A DNA stretch of 62,868 nt, counting the filler, from Chiloscyllium plagiosum (Eukaryota), in the NCBI RefSeq assembly GCF_004010195.1. It is 3 parts of one record of this genome, joined end to end, with 100 filler letters (N's around TTAATTAATTAA, not from the genome) between each part and the next. Parts side by side here need not be neighbours in the genome. Positions count along the whole stretch, not along the records: positions 50,381 to 62,868 come from NC_057713.1; 2 more parts are not named here. One strand, given 5' to 3'. This document shows, piece by piece, positions 62,404-62,868 of this stretch. The notes under the pieces are model-generated. The model worked only from the letters and a program-made list of their open reading frames with translations. It was not told the DNA's origin and did not search any database. Each line of letters opens with the position of its first letter. The stretch's first letter is position 1. The translations under genes and the position numbers were made by a program.

Positions 62404-62868
62404 GGGGGATCCAAGATGGCGGCGACCCAGTAAGACTGAGTCTATAGTGCTCCTCCCAAGACTTGGGTACAGTGGGTCACCCACCCCCTACCAAGCTCAC
62501 TATATCATTTATAATAGTTGTGTAATTTAATTAGTTGTGTAATATTACATTTAAACAATTTAATCCTAAGTTAAAATGACTAAAGGGAAGGGAGCCCGCA
62601 GCTCTCAGCAAGCAGGAACCCCTCCCCCACCCTCTCCAGCTGCAGCAGAGGCGTCCACTGCCGCCCCGGGGGACTTAGCAACAGTAACAAGCCTTGCAGA
62701 AATGATTTCCAAGCTTGACTCGAAGATCGATGCCTTTATTGTAGAATCCAGAAATCGTTGGGAGTCGCTCTCGGCCGCGCTGAAGAAGCACGACCGTGAA
62801 ATTGAAGAAATTCAACGCCGAGTCGGAGGGGCGGAGCTAAAGGCCGCGACCTCCAAAAATACCGCTCA
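62404..62868 (+). mobile_element. 5' end of an L1-clade LINE (5' UTR and start of ORF1), cut by the window edge
   Basis: Starts GGGGGATCCAAGATGGCGG (YY1-type motif typical of L1 5' ends), is preceded by a TT/AAAA endonuclease target (62388-62403), is CpG-rich, and has an open ORF from 62576. Confidence 0.8.
62576..62868 (+). CDS. L1 ORF1p N-terminus (partial, open to the window end)
   Basis: MTKGKGARSSQQAGTPPPPSPAAAEASTAAPGDLATVTSLAEMISKLDSKIDAFIVESRNRWESLSAALKKHDREIEEIQRRVGGAELKAATSKNTA: basic N-terminus followed by coiled-coil-like heptads, with no stop codon. Confidence 0.7.
   Translation, partial: MTKGKGARSSQQAGTPPPPSPAAAEASTAAPGDLATVTSLAEMISKLDSKIDAFIVESRNRWESLSAALKKHDREIEEIQRRVGGAELKAATSKNTA

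Overview
This is eukaryotic, repeat-rich DNA from a cartilaginous fish, most likely a shark, judged from HE1-type V-SINEs, their HER1/CR1 partner LINEs, Deu-domain SINEs and Penelope-like elements (PLEs). The one host gene I can support is the 5' end of R-spondin 2 (RSPO2) on the + strand. It has a CpG-rich promoter near 13.5 kb, a probable non-coding first exon and a first coding exon (CDS 14581-14674: signal peptide plus basic cleavage site), followed by an intron of more than 48 kb that runs off the window. Almost all other listed ORFs are spurious or decayed retroelement pieces. Most notable observations: (1) a full-length U6 snRNA copy fused directly to a CR1 LINE 3' end (37464-37722); (2) many short PLE pseudo-LTR insertions carrying minimal hammerhead-ribozyme cores, often as fold-back hairpins with target-site duplications (TSDs) and three times next to the same motif of CR1 3' ends; (3) three co-oriented tRNA-derived segments within 360 bp; (4) a 2.3-kb near-perfect palindrome ending at an assembly gap, possibly an artefact; (5) the 5' end of an apparently young L1 at the right edge. 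There are five N gaps, two with an artificial TTAATTAATTAA linker. Repeat family names and boundaries were assigned by eye and are approximate.
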